A stretch of 64,000 nucleotides of DNA from Oscillospiraceae bacterium (GTDB lineage: Bacteria; Bacillota; Clostridia; Oscillospirales; Ruminococcaceae), in the NCBI GenBank assembly GCA_045596625.1, contig JAZOCU010000054.1:29282-93281 (forward strand). Reading direction: 5' to 3'. The notes under the pieces are model-generated. The model was not told the DNA's origin, searched no databases, and saw nothing but the letters and a program-made list of their open reading frames with translations. Position numbers and translations under genes: made by a program. Of this stretch, positions 42,511-53,744 are shown one piece after another (the stretch's first letter is position 1; each line of letters begins with the position of its first letter).

Positions 42511-44418
42511 TTGAATCGAAAACCCAATCATCCCAATCATTCCAACTCTGCGGCTGCCGGAGGACATCGCAGCAGCAATCGGAGAACACGGAACGGAATC
42601 CCGATCGCTGCCGTTGGGCGCAAATTTTTCCCCGGCGAAACGAATCCGGAGAAAACTGAGAAAAAACAACGCAAACCGGAACAGCTTCCTGTCATTGCAA
42701 AAAAAGCATCCGCAGAATCCAAAGAAACAAGGGATCGAAACAATACCGAACGGGCCAAAACTCCGGTTCGGATCATTCCGTTAGGCGGCTTGGGCGAGAT
42801 CGGCAAAAACATGACCGTGATCGAATGTGCCAATGATATGTTTATCATTGACTGCGGTCTGGCATTTCCCGATGCGGAAATGCTGGGTGTAGATCTGGTC
42901 ATTCCCGATTTTACTTATATCGAGAGAAATGTGGATCGTCTGCGTGGTGTCGTACTCACGCACGGTCATGAGGATCACATCGGCAGTCTTGCCTATTTGC
43001 TGAAAAAAGTCAATGTGCCGATTTACGGCACCTGTCTTACACTTGCGCTGGTAGAATCCAAGCTGAAAGAGCATCAGCTCAACAACAGTGCAAAGCTCAA
43101 TGTAGTAAAGCCCCGTCAGACTGTACGCATGGGCTGCATGGCGGTGGAATTCATTCATGTCAACCATTCCATTCCCGATGCGGTTGGTCTTGCTGTGCAT
43201 ACCCCTGCCGGCGTGATCGTGCATACAGGCGATTTCAAGGTCGATTATTCCCCCATCAACGGCGGCATCATTGATCTGGCACGATTTGGCGAGCTTGGAT
43301 CCAGAGGCGTGCTGGCTCTGATGGCGGATTCAACCAACGCAGAGCGATCCGGCTCAACACCCACAGAGCGTACCGTAGGCGAATCCTTTGAAAAGCTGTT
43401 TGCCTCTGCTGATGGCAGACGGATTATCATTGCAACCTTTTCTTCCAACATTCACCGAATCCAGCAGATCATTGATTGTGCTGAGCGTTATGGCAGAAAG
43501 GTTGCGGTGTTTGGCCGCAGTATGGTGAATGTCATCAACATTGCAACACAGCTCGGTTATTTGCAGGTGAAAAAAGGCACTATCATTGATATCGAGCTGA
43601 TGAATCGATATTCCGCAGATCAGATCGTACTGATCACTACCGGCAGTCAGGGTGAGCCGATGTCTGCACTGACCCGTATGGCAATGCATGATCACAAGAA
43701 GGTTGCCATCACCTCGCAGGATCTCATTATCATATCCGCAACACCGATTCCCGGCAATGAAAAATATGTGACCAAAGTGGTCAATGAGCTGATGAAATCC
43801 GGTGCGCGGGTCGTATATGAAAGAATGTATGAGGTGCATGTTTCGGGTCACGCCTGCCAGGAAGAACTGAAACTCATGCTGGCACTCACCAAGCCGAAAT
43901 TCTTCCTGCCTGTCCATGGCGAATATAAACATCTGAAAAAGCATGCGCAATTGGCTCTGGAAATGGGAATGGCAAAGGAAAATATCATTTTGCCTGAGCT
44001 TGGCAATGTCATTGAAACCAATGGTGTACAAATGAAGGTCGTTTCGCAGGCACCTGCCGGCAGTGTGCTGGTGGATGGTCTCGGTGTAGGCGACGTTGGC
44101 GCAATTGTACTCCGTGACCGCAAGCATCTGGCACAGGATGGTCTGATTATTGTGGTCGTCGGCATCGACCGAGCCACAGGTGCTGTGGTTTCGGGACCTG
44201 AGCTGATCTCCAGAGGCTTTGTCTATGTGAGAGAATCCGAGGAAATGATGGAAGGCGCCAAGCAGCTGATCCGGGATACACTGGAAAACTGCAGTCCCGA
44301 GCAAATGCGGGATTGGAATGGCTTGAAGCTGCAGCTGCGTGATGTGCTGAGTGATTATATCAAAGCGGCAACACAGCGTCGTCCCATGATTCTGCCGATC
44401 ATTATGGAAATGGAATAA
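42511..44418 (+). CDS. rnj: ribonuclease J with basic N-terminal extension
   Basis: Core begins VRIIPLGGLGEIGKNM. THGHEDHIG metallo-beta-lactamase motif and beta-CASP layout. TTG start after AAGAGAGG. About 85 aa of Arg/Lys/Asn-rich leader sequence. Confidence 0.9.
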   Translation: MNRKPNHPNHSNSAAAGGHRSSNRRTRNGIPIAAVGRKFFPGETNPEKTEKKQRKPEQLPVIAKKASAESKETRDRNNTERAKTPVRIIPLGGLGEIGKNMTVIECANDMFIIDCGLAFPDAEMLGVDLVIPDFTYIERNVDRLRGVVLTHGHEDHIGSLAYLLKKVNVPIYGTCLTLALVESKLKEHQLNNSAKLNVVKPRQTVRMGCMAVEFIHVNHSIPDAVGLAVHTPAGVIVHTGDFKVDYSPINGGIIDLARFGELGSRGVLALMADSTNAERSGSTPTERTVGESFEKLFASADGRRIIIATFSSNIHRIQQIIDCAERYGRKVAVFGRSMVNVINIATQLGYLQVKKGTIIDIELMNRYSADQIVLITTGSQGEPMSALTRMAMHDHKKVAITSQDLIIISATPIPGNEKYVTKVVNELMKSGARVVYERMYEVHVSGHACQEELKLMLALTKPKFFLPVHGEYKHLKKHAQLALEMGMAKENIILPELGNVIETNGVQMKVVSQAPAGSVLVDGLGVGDVGAIVLRDRKHLAQDGLIIVVVGIDRATGAVVSGPELISRGFVYVRESEEMMEGAKQLIRDTLENCSPEQMRDWNGLKLQLRDVLSDYIKAATQRRPMILPIIMEME

Positions 44419-44455
44419 TACAATACAAAAAAACGCTCTGAAAGAGGGTGAAGGA

Positions 44456-46441
44456 ATGCGAAACAAACGATTATGGCGTCCGGTATGCGCTTTTGTTCTG
44501 CTGCTGCTTGCTGGGGTATGCGTGCTGATCGCATTGGGACAGATGCAGCAGAAGCTGTTGTTCTGGAGCGCAGTGGTGCTGCTGTTTGGCGGTGCTGCGT
44601 GGACGATCGTGGAAGGCTTTCTTGCACGGAAAAATCTGATCCGCTATGTTTCCGAGATGAGCACTGCACTCACCGAAACAGGACACAGTGTTCCGGAAGA
44701 AATGCGGATCCCTATTGCCATTCTCAATGAACAGCATGAGATCATCTGGTATAACAGCAGCTTCTATCATTGTGTGGCAGGCGGTATGGATCTGTATGGC
44801 AAGCCTCTGCAAACCGTTTTGCCCATCGACTATCAAAAGCTGATGGAGGACGGCGTTTGTGAGGCGACTTTGCCGGCATATGCTTACCGTATTTTCCGCA
44901 CAGTATATCAGGACGAAGGAAAAGAAACATATCTGCTCTGTTTCCAAGATATTACCGCACATATGGAGCTGCGCAGACGATTCTTTAACACCCGCCTTTG
45001 TGCTATGCATATTGTGGTGGACAATTTTGAGGATCTGTTTAACGGCTCTCGTCAGAGCGAACGTGCCGCAGTACTGGCTGCACTGGAGAATCTGTTTGAA
45101 AAAGCACTGGAAGGCAGTGAAAGCATCTTCTGCCGTTTGGATGAGGATCGTTTTCTCGTCATTACCGAATATCAATATTATCAGAAAATGGAAGCCGGTC
45201 GGTTTCCTCTTCTGGACGAAGCACGCAAGATCTTAGTCGGCGGTAAAACACCGCTTACCCTCTCGATCGGTGTGGGTAAGGATGGCACAACCTTTGCACA
45301 GAATGAAAGCTTTGCACAGCAATCTTTGGATATGGCATTGGGCAGAGGCGGCGATCAGGCCGCTGTGAAAACCAAGTCCGGATACACATTCTACGGCGGC
45401 GTATCCAAAGGTGTGGAGCATAAATCCAAAACCAGATATCGTGCTATTGCAAGGGCACTGCAGGAAATGATCGAAGGCTGTGAGCAGGTGATCGTAATGG
45501 GTCACCGCTTCAGCGATCTGGATGCAGTCGGCTCCGCTGTAGGTGTGGCTTTCATCGCCGAGGAACTGGGGAAGCCTGCTTCCATTGCAATCAAAGCACA
45601 GGCAACACTGGCAAAACCGCTGGTAGAACGCCTGCTGCGGGAGCGTCCTTCTTTGCTGATCCCCCCCGAAGAAGCAAGAGAACGCATAACAGATAATACA
45701 TTGCTGGTCATCGTGGATACCATGAACAAGGATATTCTTGAGGATATGGCCTTGTATCAGATGGCAAAGCATGTGGTGGTCATCGATCATCACCGCAAGA
45801 TGGTCAATTACATCGATAATACCATTCTGAGTCTGCATGAACCACATGCATCCTCTGCCTCCGAGCTGGTGGCAGAGATGATCCAGTATCTGGATTGCCG
45901 TGATACTATGCCGCAGCTTTGTGCGGAATCACTGCTTTCGGGTATTATGCTGGATACGAAGAACTTTGTAATGCAGACCGGCGTGCATACGTTTGAAGCA
46001 GCAGCATATCTGCGGCAGCGGGGAGCAGATCCGATCGTAGTAAAAACGCTCTTTGCCGCAACCATGACTGCTTACCGGCAGCGCTCCCGCTTGGTGGTGG
46101 ATGCAGAGCTGCATCGCTGCTGTGCCATTACTGTTGCAAGAGAATCGGTGCCGGATATCCAGATCATTGCCTCTCAGACAGCCGATGAGCTGCTGGGAAT
46201 CGAAGGCGTGGATGCCTCTTTCGTGATTTTTCCCAATGGTAATATGAGCTGTATTTCCGCACGCTCTCTGGGCAGGATGAATGTACAGGTCATCATGGAA
46301 CAGTTGGGCGGCGGCGGTCATCAGACCATGGCTGCGGTACAACGTACCGACTGTACGCCATCGGCATTGCGGCTGGAACTGATCGCTGCATTGGATGCGC
46401 TTGATACCGAACCGGCCGAACAGCAGCCCGATGCATCCTAA
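44456..46441 (+). CDS. gdpP: GdpP-type DHH/DHHA1 phosphodiesterase (cyclic-di-AMP)
   Basis: Two N-terminal TM helices, a PAS-like region, a degenerate GGDEF region, a DHH region (MGHRFSDLDAVGS) and DHHA1 (GGGGHQTMAA). Conserved gdpP-rplI-dnaB synteny. Confidence 0.8.
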   Translation: MRNKRLWRPVCAFVLLLLAGVCVLIALGQMQQKLLFWSAVVLLFGGAAWTIVEGFLARKNLIRYVSEMSTALTETGHSVPEEMRIPIAILNEQHEIIWYNSSFYHCVAGGMDLYGKPLQTVLPIDYQKLMEDGVCEATLPAYAYRIFRTVYQDEGKETYLLCFQDITAHMELRRRFFNTRLCAMHIVVDNFEDLFNGSRQSERAAVLAALENLFEKALEGSESIFCRLDEDRFLVITEYQYYQKMEAGRFPLLDEARKILVGGKTPLTLSIGVGKDGTTFAQNESFAQQSLDMALGRGGDQAAVKTKSGYTFYGGVSKGVEHKSKTRYRAIARALQEMIEGCEQVIVMGHRFSDLDAVGSAVGVAFIAEELGKPASIAIKAQATLAKPLVERLLRERPSLLIPPEEARERITDNTLLVIVDTMNKDILEDMALYQMAKHVVVIDHHRKMVNYIDNTILSLHEPHASSASELVAEMIQYLDCRDTMPQLCAESLLSGIMLDTKNFVMQTGVHTFEAAAYLRQRGADPIVVKTLFAATMTAYRQRSRLVVDAELHRCCAITVARESVPDIQIIASQTADELLGIEGVDASFVIFPNGNMSCISARSLGRMNVQVIMEQLGGGGHQTMAAVQRTDCTPSALRLELIAALDALDTEPAEQQPDAS

Positions 46442-46510
46442 AAACGCATATTACGGTTTGTCACCGATTTAGAGTCAAACAAACGATCAATACAGAAAGG
46501 ATGGTCTTTT

Positions 46511-46963
46511 ATGAAAGTTATTTTGTTGCAGGATATTAAGGGCACCGGCAAAAAAGGCGATGTAAAGAATGTTTCCGACGGATATGCCCGCAATTTTCTG
46601 ATCGGTAAGGGGCTTGCTGTGGAAGCAACGCCTAAGAATCTGACTGAGCTGCAGGGAAAAAAGGATTCCGAGCAGCATAAGATCGATGTGGCTCGACAGG
46701 AGGCCGAGGCACAGGCTGCAAAGCTTACAGATCAAAAAATCATCGTCCGTGCCAAGGCAGGTCAGAATGGCAAGCTGTTTGGTGCTGTGACGCTGGGCCA
46801 TGTGGCGGATGCACTGGAAAAACAGCTCGGTTTTGCTGTGGATAAGCGTAAGCTGACAGTATCTTCGGAAATGAAGAATGTGGGTACTTATTCCGCAGAA
46901 GCAAAGCTGTTCAGCGGTGTCACCGCAAAATTCACGGTCTCGGTGGAGCTGGAAAATGCCTAA
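46511..46963 (+). CDS. rplI: 50S ribosomal protein L9
   Basis: [31 protein letters not shown] is the canonical L9 N-terminus. Confidence 0.95.
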   Translation: MKVILLQDIKGTGKKGDVKNVSDGYARNFLIGKGLAVEATPKNLTELQGKKDSEQHKIDVARQEAEAQAAKLTDQKIIVRAKAGQNGKLFGAVTLGHVADALEKQLGFAVDKRKLTVSSEMKNVGTYSAEAKLFSGVTAKFTVSVELENA

Positions 46964-48350
46964 GCAGGAACAAAGTCAGTGGAGTTCTGCTGAGGATGGA
47001 ATGCTGTTGAACGATCGCTCTCTGCCCCATAGTATCGAAGCAGAGCAATCGGTTCTCGGCTCAATTCTGCTGGCACCCGAAACCATCAGTGCTGCCTTGG
47101 AGATCATCAAACCCGAAACCTTTTTCTTAGATCAGCATCGGGAACTGTTCCGGATTATGATCTCATTGTACAGCGGTGCACAGAGTGCACAAATGGATAT
47201 CATTGTGATCCTCAATGAGGCGGTGCGGCAAGGCATCTTTGAAACACCTGCTGAGGGAAAACGCTATCTCGCCGCATTGGCAGAAACCGTGCCCTCTGCC
47301 GAAAATATTGTAAGCTACTGCAAGATCATTGCAGAAAAATACAGTGCACGCTGTCTTGCCACTGTGGCAAGAGATCTTCTGAGAGAGATCGCCGCCGGTA
47401 CCGAATCGGCACAGACCTTGCTGGATTCTGCCGAACAGCGGATCTATGATATCCGCCAGGGACGTGATGTGCGCGGACTGGTGCCCATCCGTGAGGTCAT
47501 GGTTTCTACCTACCGTCATCTGGGCGATCTTTCCGGCCCGAACAGTGAGCAGTTTTTAGGTGCCAAAACAGGATTCCCTGAGCTGGACAGTATCACCGGC
47601 GGTATGAACAACTCCGACCTTGTGCTGCTGGCAGCCCGTCCCGGTATGGGTAAAACTTCGTTTGCGCTGAATCTTGCTACCAATGTCAGCCGTCGTTCCG
47701 GCAGGACAGTTGTGATCTATTCGCTTGAAATGAGTATGGAGCAGCTGGTTTCCAGAATGCTCTCTACCGAAGCATTGGTGGATTCCTATAAGCTGCGTAC
47801 CGGTCGTCTGGAGCCGAAGGAGTGGGGCAGAATTGCTCAGAGCGCCGATGTGCTTTCGGGTATGAATATCTTCTTGTCAGAAGCTTCCGGCATTACCGTT
47901 TCACAGATGAAGGCACAGCTAAGACGTGTGAAAAATCTGGGTATGGTGGTCATCGACTACCTGCAGCTCATGGATGCACCGAACAAAAGCGATAATCGTG
48001 TGCAGGTGATTTCTGAGATCACCAGAGGACTGAAGCTGATGGCAAAGGAACTGAATGTACCTGTATTGCTGCTTTCACAGCTCAACCGAGGCGTTGAAAG
48101 CCGCACCGATAAGCGTCCGATGCTTTCAGATCTTCGTGAATCCGGCTCGATTGAGCAGGATGCGGATATTGTGATGTTTCTGTATAATGATTACTACTAT
48201 AACAAAAATTCCACAACGCCCAATGTGACGGAATGTATCGTGCAGAAAAACCGTCATGGCGAAACGGCTACGGTGAATATGATCTGGGATGCACAGTTTA
48301 CCCGATTCTCAGCACCTGCCCGTGAGGATGCAGTTCCTCCGCCGGCATGA
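46956..48350 (+). CDS. dnaB: replicative DNA helicase
   Basis: [17 protein letters not shown]-terminal motif, Walker [28 protein letters not shown]. Start ATG 46956 overlaps the rplI stop. Confidence 0.95.
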   Translation: MPKQEQSQWSSAEDGMLLNDRSLPHSIEAEQSVLGSILLAPETISAALEIIKPETFFLDQHRELFRIMISLYSGAQSAQMDIIVILNEAVRQGIFETPAEGKRYLAALAETVPSAENIVSYCKIIAEKYSARCLATVARDLLREIAAGTESAQTLLDSAEQRIYDIRQGRDVRGLVPIREVMVSTYRHLGDLSGPNSEQFLGAKTGFPELDSITGGMNNSDLVLLAARPGMGKTSFALNLATNVSRRSGRTVVIYSLEMSMEQLVSRMLSTEALVDSYKLRTGRLEPKEWGRIAQSADVLSGMNIFLSEASGITVSQMKAQLRRVKNLGMVVIDYLQLMDAPNKSDNRVQVISEITRGLKLMAKELNVPVLLLSQLNRGVESRTDKRPMLSDLRESGSIEQDADIVMFLYNDYYYNKNSTTPNVTECIVQKNRHGETATVNMIWDAQFTRFSAPAREDAVPPPA

Positions 48351-49708
48351 AAAAAGAACAGTTTCATCCGGCAGTGGCCGCAGCTGCCCAAAGCGGACTG
48401 CTTCCCTTTGAAGGTATCGTAACTGCTGCCCTTTCCGGCGGTGCCGACAGTGTGGCGCTGCTGCTGATCTTACAAAAGCTGAAACAGAAGTTTGGCTATA
48501 CCTTGCAGGCAGTACATGTCCATCATGGCATTCGCGGCGAGGAAGCCGATCGGGATGCTCAGTTTTGTGAACAGCTCTGCCGACAATATGCGATCCCCTT
48601 TCAGCTTTGCAGAGTCGATGCACCTTCTTTCGCCAAAGAAAACAAGCTTTCGCTGGAGACCGCTGCTCGGCAGCTTCGCTATGCGGCATTGGAACAGGCA
48701 GCACCGAAAGGATGGATCGCCACAGCACATCACGCAGACGATCAGGCAGAAACGCTGCTGTTTCATCTGGTGCGCGGGACAGGTCTGAAAGGACTTTGCG
48801 GTATTCCGCCCAAGCGAGACAGGATCATCCGACCGCTGCTGAAGATCTCAAAAGAGCAGCTATGCGCTTTTCTGTCCGAAGAACAGCAGACATATGTCAC
48901 CGACAGCACCAATCTCATTGATGAAAGCAGCCGCAATCAGCTTCGGCATCATGTGCTGCCCAAGTTGATCGCACTGAATCCGGCGGCAGTGCTGCATATG
49001 TCCCAAACTGCACAAAGTCTTTTGGCGGATGAGGAATATCTGACGATGCAAGCATCTGAGGCTTATACCGCTTGTCTTTGCGAAAGTGGTGGGCTCAAAG
49101 GGCTTTCCGCATACCCTGCAGCTTTGCGGATCCGCTGCTATCGGCGCTGTCTTATGTCATACGGAATCGATCCTTCCTATGAGATCCTCGCCCATGTGGA
49201 TGCGCTGGTATCGGGCAACGAAGGAAAATTCACGATTGCCGGAGATGTTTATGCACAGGTACATCGGGGTATTCTGTATATCAGAAAAGATACCGCACCG
49301 CTTTGTTCCCGACTGCCCTTGCAGATCGGTGTCAATCAGATGTTCCCAACACGTGTGTGTAATGCAGAACTTTCGGAAACACCGATATCACCGAGTTATC
49401 ACAATACGTTCACAAGGTCTACGCTGGACTATGATAAAATAATTGGAGATCCTCATTTCCGGCTATGGCAAAATGCAGATCGCATCACGCTGCCGGGCCG
49501 TGATTTTTCAAGCACACTGAAAAAATGCGTGCAGTCGGTTGTGCCGATCCCCGAACGCAGAACATTGTATGCCCTCTTTGATGATCTGGGGTGTATTTAC
49601 TGCGAACAAATCGGTATTGCTGCAAGGGTAAAACCCGATGCGGAAACAAATCGCTTTCTGGTACTGCAATGCAGTACTGTGGCTGATAAGACATTGAAGA
49701 AGGAGTGA
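48347..49708 (+). CDS. tilS: tRNA(Ile)-lysidine synthetase
   Basis: PP-loop SGGADSVALL and the ATAHHADDQAET motif. Start overlaps the dnaB stop (ATGA). Confidence 0.9.
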   Translation: MKKEQFHPAVAAAAQSGLLPFEGIVTAALSGGADSVALLLILQKLKQKFGYTLQAVHVHHGIRGEEADRDAQFCEQLCRQYAIPFQLCRVDAPSFAKENKLSLETAARQLRYAALEQAAPKGWIATAHHADDQAETLLFHLVRGTGLKGLCGIPPKRDRIIRPLLKISKEQLCAFLSEEQQTYVTDSTNLIDESSRNQLRHHVLPKLIALNPAAVLHMSQTAQSLLADEEYLTMQASEAYTACLCESGGLKGLSAYPAALRIRCYRRCLMSYGIDPSYEILAHVDALVSGNEGKFTIAGDVYAQVHRGILYIRKDTAPLCSRLPLQIGVNQMFPTRVCNAELSETPISPSYHNTFTRSTLDYDKIIGDPHFRLWQNADRITLPGRDFSSTLKKCVQSVVPIPERRTLYALFDDLGCIYCEQIGIAARVKPDAETNRFLVLQCSTVADKTLKKE

Positions 49709-49714
49709 ATCCAT

Positions 49715-51682
49715 TTGGCAGGAAAAAATCGAGGCTTGCTTGCCTACGCTTTGATTGCATTAATTTTTATCGGTGTGATCTGGTTTGGCTTGTTTGCACT
49801 GGCAGGTGATCGGAACCGCGTTCCCTATTCGGAGGTGATCGCTCATTTCGATGAGTACGAAGTCACTTGGTATACGTTGGATCTCGGAACCGGTGAGCTG
49901 AAGTATCAACTGGAAGGCGAGGATAAGAAATATACTTATCAAGTGCCTCATGTCTCTTTGTTTTTAGAGGAGACAATGAATTATCGCACTGAATATAACG
50001 AGAAGCATCCGGATGCCCAGCTGGAACAGGACTATTTTGAAATCAAAGATACCTCATGGCTCCTGACTGTGGTGCCAACCATCATTATGCTGGTACTGGG
50101 TATTGCGATCTTTGTGTTTATGTTCCGGCAGGCCAATGGCGGTGGAAAGATCAATTCGTTTGGTCGCGCCAACATCAAAGCACCTTCACAGAGCAGTAAA
50201 AAGGCTACCTTTGCCGATGTAGCAGGTGCCGATGAAGAAAAGGCGGAGATGGCGGAAATCGTGGATTTCCTCAAAAATCCGAAAAAATATGACGAAATCG
50301 GCGCTCGGATTCCAAGAGGCGTATTGCTGCTGGGACCTCCCGGCACCGGTAAAACGCTGCTTGCCCGAGCAGTCGCAGGAGAAGCCGGCGTACCGTTCTT
50401 CCCGATCTCCGGTTCTGATTTTGTGGAAATGTTCGTCGGTGTAGGTGCAAGCCGTGTAAGAGATTTGTTCGAGCAAGCAAAAAAGCATGCTCCTTCGATC
50501 ATTTTCATTGATGAAATCGATGCTGTGGGTCGTCACCGCGGATCCGGTCTGGGCGGCGGTCACGATGAACGTGAACAAACACTCAACCAGCTGCTGGTAG
50601 AAATGGATGGCTTTACCGAAAAGGAAAGTGTCATCGTCATTGCAGCAACCAACCGTCGGGATATTCTGGATCCTGCGCTGCTGCGTCCGGGTCGTTTTGA
50701 CCGTCAGATCACAGTCAACTATCCCGATGTCAAAGGCCGCGAGGAGATCCTCAAGGTGCATAAAGGCAAAAAGCCGATCGGCCCCGATGTGGACTTCCGT
50801 GAGATTGCCAGAGATACACAGGGCTTCACCGGTGCTGATCTGGAGAACCTGCTGAACGAAGCAGCGATCCTTGCTGCAAGAGATAATCGTAAGGCGATCA
50901 TTAAAGCAGATATCGAAGAAGCAACGATGAAAGTTATTGCCGGTCCCGAAAAGAAAACCAGAAAGGTTACCGATCGGGATAAGAGAATCACTGCTTATCA
51001 TGAGGCAGGTCATGCAGTGACTGCTTATCATCTGGAAACACAGGATACTGTACAGCAGGTCAGCGTGATCCAGCGTGGTATGGCTGCCGGTATGACATGG
51101 ACTCGGCCCGATACCGAAGATAATCACGTAACACGCAAAAAGCTTTCCGAGATGCTGGTGATGCTGCTGGGCGGCCGTGCCGCTGAGGCTTTGGTACTGG
51201 ATGATATTTCTACCGGCGCTTCCAATGATATGGAACGCGCCACCAAGATCGCCAAGAATATGGTAACACGCTGGGGCTTTTCTGAAAAGCTGGGCCCGGT
51301 TGTATATGGATCCGATAACAACGAGGTATTCATCGGCCGTGATTACGGTCATGTCCGCGATTATTCCGAGGATGTTGCAGCGGATATCGATGCCGAAGTA
51401 CGCGATATCATTGAGCGTGCTTATGCCCACTCCACCAAGCTGCTGCAAGAACATGCAGATCAGTTGGATGCCCTTGCAGCATATCTGATCGAATATGAAA
51501 AGGCAAGCGAAGAGGAATTCCTGCAGATCATGCGGGGTGAGCTCTCTGTTGCATCTCGCAAGGTGAAAGAGCAAGCGGATCCAGCAGAACCCATTGATGA
51601 TTCCGTTTCCGAAGCGGATCCCGCTCCTGAGACAGAGAATGAATCGCCCAAGGACACTGCTGCACCCGAAACCGAGGAGTAA
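49715..51682 (+). CDS. ftsH: ATP-dependent zinc metalloprotease FtsH
   Basis: TM anchor, AAA+ Walker [12 protein letters not shown], second region of homology, HEAGHAV zinc site. TTG start after AAGGAG. Confidence 0.95.
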   Translation: MAGKNRGLLAYALIALIFIGVIWFGLFALAGDRNRVPYSEVIAHFDEYEVTWYTLDLGTGELKYQLEGEDKKYTYQVPHVSLFLEETMNYRTEYNEKHPDAQLEQDYFEIKDTSWLLTVVPTIIMLVLGIAIFVFMFRQANGGGKINSFGRANIKAPSQSSKKATFADVAGADEEKAEMAEIVDFLKNPKKYDEIGARIPRGVLLLGPPGTGKTLLARAVAGEAGVPFFPISGSDFVEMFVGVGASRVRDLFEQAKKHAPSIIFIDEIDAVGRHRGSGLGGGHDEREQTLNQLLVEMDGFTEKESVIVIAATNRRDILDPALLRPGRFDRQITVNYPDVKGREEILKVHKGKKPIGPDVDFREIARDTQGFTGADLENLLNEAAILAARDNRKAIIKADIEEATMKVIAGPEKKTRKVTDRDKRITAYHEAGHAVTAYHLETQDTVQQVSVIQRGMAAGMTWTRPDTEDNHVTRKKLSEMLVMLLGGRAAEALVLDDISTGASNDMERATKIAKNMVTRWGFSEKLGPVVYGSDNNEVFIGRDYGHVRDYSEDVAADIDAEVRDIIERAYAHSTKLLQEHADQLDALAAYLIEYEKASEEEFLQIMRGELSVASRKVKEQADPAEPIDDSVSEADPAPETENESPKDTAAPETEE

Positions 51683-51712
51683 GAAAAACGCTCCATTTCT
51701 ATCATAGCAAGA

Positions 51713-51750
51713 ATGATCCCACTGAAAGTCAATGCTTTCAGTGGGATCAT
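51713..51750. terminator. bidirectional terminator between ftsH and the GH5 gene
   Basis: ATGATCCCACTGAAAG TCAATG CTTTCAGTGGGATCAT, a 16-bp stem. Confidence 0.8.
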
Positions 51751-51772
51751 TTGCATTATGCTGTTATTAACT

Positions 51773-52930
51773 TTATGCGGCTTCCTGCTGCGTATCCGCG
51801 CTGTTTCGGATCGCCATCAGATCCGCAAGCAGCCCTTGATCGTAAAACTTACCGTTTTCCCGATCATAGAAGCTTCCTGTGGTATCCCAGATAACCGGAC
51901 AAATATCACGGGTATAGGCTTCCTTACAAACCGCCGTCATAAACCGATTGATCATCTCCTGCGATTTATTTTCCTTTGCTACGCCAAATTCGCCCATAAT
52001 GACAGGGATCCCATTATCGATAAAATGCGTTTTGAGCTTTTCCATATACTGAGCAAGCTGTGCACGCTCCTGATCGGTTCCCCATTCCGTCTGCGCTTTG
52101 CCCCAGTCGGCATCCTCAGAAAGAACACAGAAGGTAGGCGGCGTATAATAATGCACCGAAACTGCACAGCGGTTTTCTGTATCCTTCGGCATCACAAACA
52201 GCGGATCACAGGTCAAATCAATATCCGTGGCATATCCTGCAATCAACAAATGGCGTTTTGCATTGTTTCCGCCGGATTTCCGCACGATATCCACAAAGGT
52301 CTGATTGATCTCATTCAGCAGGCCGTAGGAATCGGCTTTGCCATCCGTATTGCCGCTGTAACGATTCCAGAGCGCATCCCAATGCCCTTCCTCATTCAAG
52401 GATTCAAACATCAGATGATCGCCTTCTTGCTGAAAGGCTTCCGAAAGCTGCTCCCAGATACGGGTATATTTTTCCATGCAAGTACTCTTGTCACTTGCAA
52501 AGTTTTCCCACCAGCCGCTGTCATAGTGGATGTTGAGGATCACATACAGATCGGCATCCAATGCCCAGCCGACGACTTCTTTAACACGAGCCAGATAGTC
52601 GGGATGGATCGTGTAATTCTCCTGCATCATATTCGACCATGCAACCGGTACGCGCAATACGCCAAAACCTTCTGCACGATAGCCCTTGATCATTTCCTCG
52701 GTTATCACAGGACTGCCCCATGCTGTTTCATAGTTCGTGACACTGCTCTTATTGATCCAATTACCACAGGCTTCAAAGGTATTTCCGAGATTGATGCCCA
52801 AGCCCATATCCTGCACCAGTTCCATTGTCGTGATCTCACGCATTTTTTCAGAGTTGCTGTCACAGGCTGTCAATGCCGAGAACAGCATTCCTGCACTCAG
52901 CAACACCGCTGCCAGACGTTTTCTTTTCAT
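51773..52930 (-). CDS. GH5 glycoside hydrolase lipoprotein (endoglucanase-like), no dockerin
   Basis: Lipobox SALTAC. GINLGNTFEA, acid/base FESLNEEGHW, nucleophile IMGEFG. Confidence 0.8.
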   Translation of the reverse strand: MKRKRLAAVLLSAGMLFSALTACDSNSEKMREITTMELVQDMGLGINLGNTFEACGNWINKSSVTNYETAWGSPVITEEMIKGYRAEGFGVLRVPVAWSNMMQENYTIHPDYLARVKEVVGWALDADLYVILNIHYDSGWWENFASDKSTCMEKYTRIWEQLSEAFQQEGDHLMFESLNEEGHWDALWNRYSGNTDGKADSYGLLNEINQTFVDIVRKSGGNNAKRHLLIAGYATDIDLTCDPLFVMPKDTENRCAVSVHYYTPPTFCVLSEDADWGKAQTEWGTDQERAQLAQYMEKLKTHFIDNGIPVIMGEFGVAKENKSQEMINRFMTAVCKEAYTRDICPVIWDTTGSFYDRENGKFYDQGLLADLMAIRNSADTQQEAA

Positions 52931-53061
52931 AATACCATATTACTCCCCTTCTTAAAATCGGAAACTGCTCTTACAGTATAACATAAATCCGATATGGGAA
53001 CAAGTCCCTTTTGATAAACTTTTTTGTTTCGACACTTTTATGCGAAAATCACAGGAGAATC

Positions 53062-53112
53062 ATGACAAAAAGCATTGCGCCATCTGTTTTGCCAGATCAC
53101 ACAATGCTTTTT
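53062..53112 (-). terminator. terminator after engB
   Basis: Minus strand: AAAAAAAGCATTG, 24-nt structured loop, CAATGCTTTTTG. Confidence 0.55.
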
Positions 53113-53130
53113 TTGATTGTTTTTGCGGAT

Positions 53131-53742
53131 TTATGCTTCCTGTTCGGATTCCATCTCCACAGGCACGGTGATCTCCTCGATCAAACGGCGCAGATCCTGC
53201 ACACCTTCGCCGGTCATGGACGAAAAAACCGTTACGTTCATATCCTCAAACTGAGGAATCTCCTTGGGGAATGCTTCCAATCGCTGTGTTCTCTGGGTGC
53301 GGTTGAGCTTATCTGCCTTCGTCAGAACCACCGCAAAGGGCATTTCTGTATCCATCAGAAAATCCACCATCTGCAGATCATCCTTTGTAGGCGGATGACG
53401 CATATCAATCAGCAGCAAAACCGCCCGCAAGTCACGATCGGACTGTAAATAACCGTTGATCAGATCCCGCCAGCGATGCAGCTCGGATTTAGCGGTTTTC
53501 GCATAGCCATAACCGGGAAGATCCACAAAGGTCACAGTATCACATTGATAAAAATTGATCGTAGCGGTTTTTCCCGGCACAGCACTTACTCGGGCAAGAT
53601 TTTTACGATTGAACAGCTTATTGATCAGCGTGGACTTGCCTACATTCGATCGACCGGCAAACGCAATCTCAGGATGCTTTCCTGCAGGCAGCTGAGAAGA
53701 TAATCCATACGCCGCTGTAAATTCAGCAATATTCCAGTTCAC
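53131..53742 (-). CDS. engB: ribosome biogenesis GTPase YsxC/EngB
   Basis: G1 GRSNVGKSTLIN, G3 DLPGYG, G4 TKADK. I prefer GTG 53742 (GGAGAAG RBS, 2 nt after the lon stop) over track start 53793, which would overlap lon by 49 nt. Confidence 0.85.
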   Translation of the reverse strand: MNWNIAEFTAAYGLSSQLPAGKHPEIAFAGRSNVGKSTLINKLFNRKNLARVSAVPGKTATINFYQCDTVTFVDLPGYGYAKTAKSELHRWRDLINGYLQSDRDLRAVLLLIDMRHPPTKDDLQMVDFLMDTEMPFAVVLTKADKLNRTQRTQRLEAFPKEIPQFEDMNVTVFSSMTGEGVQDLRRLIEEITVPVEMESEQEA

Positions 53743-53744
53743 AG

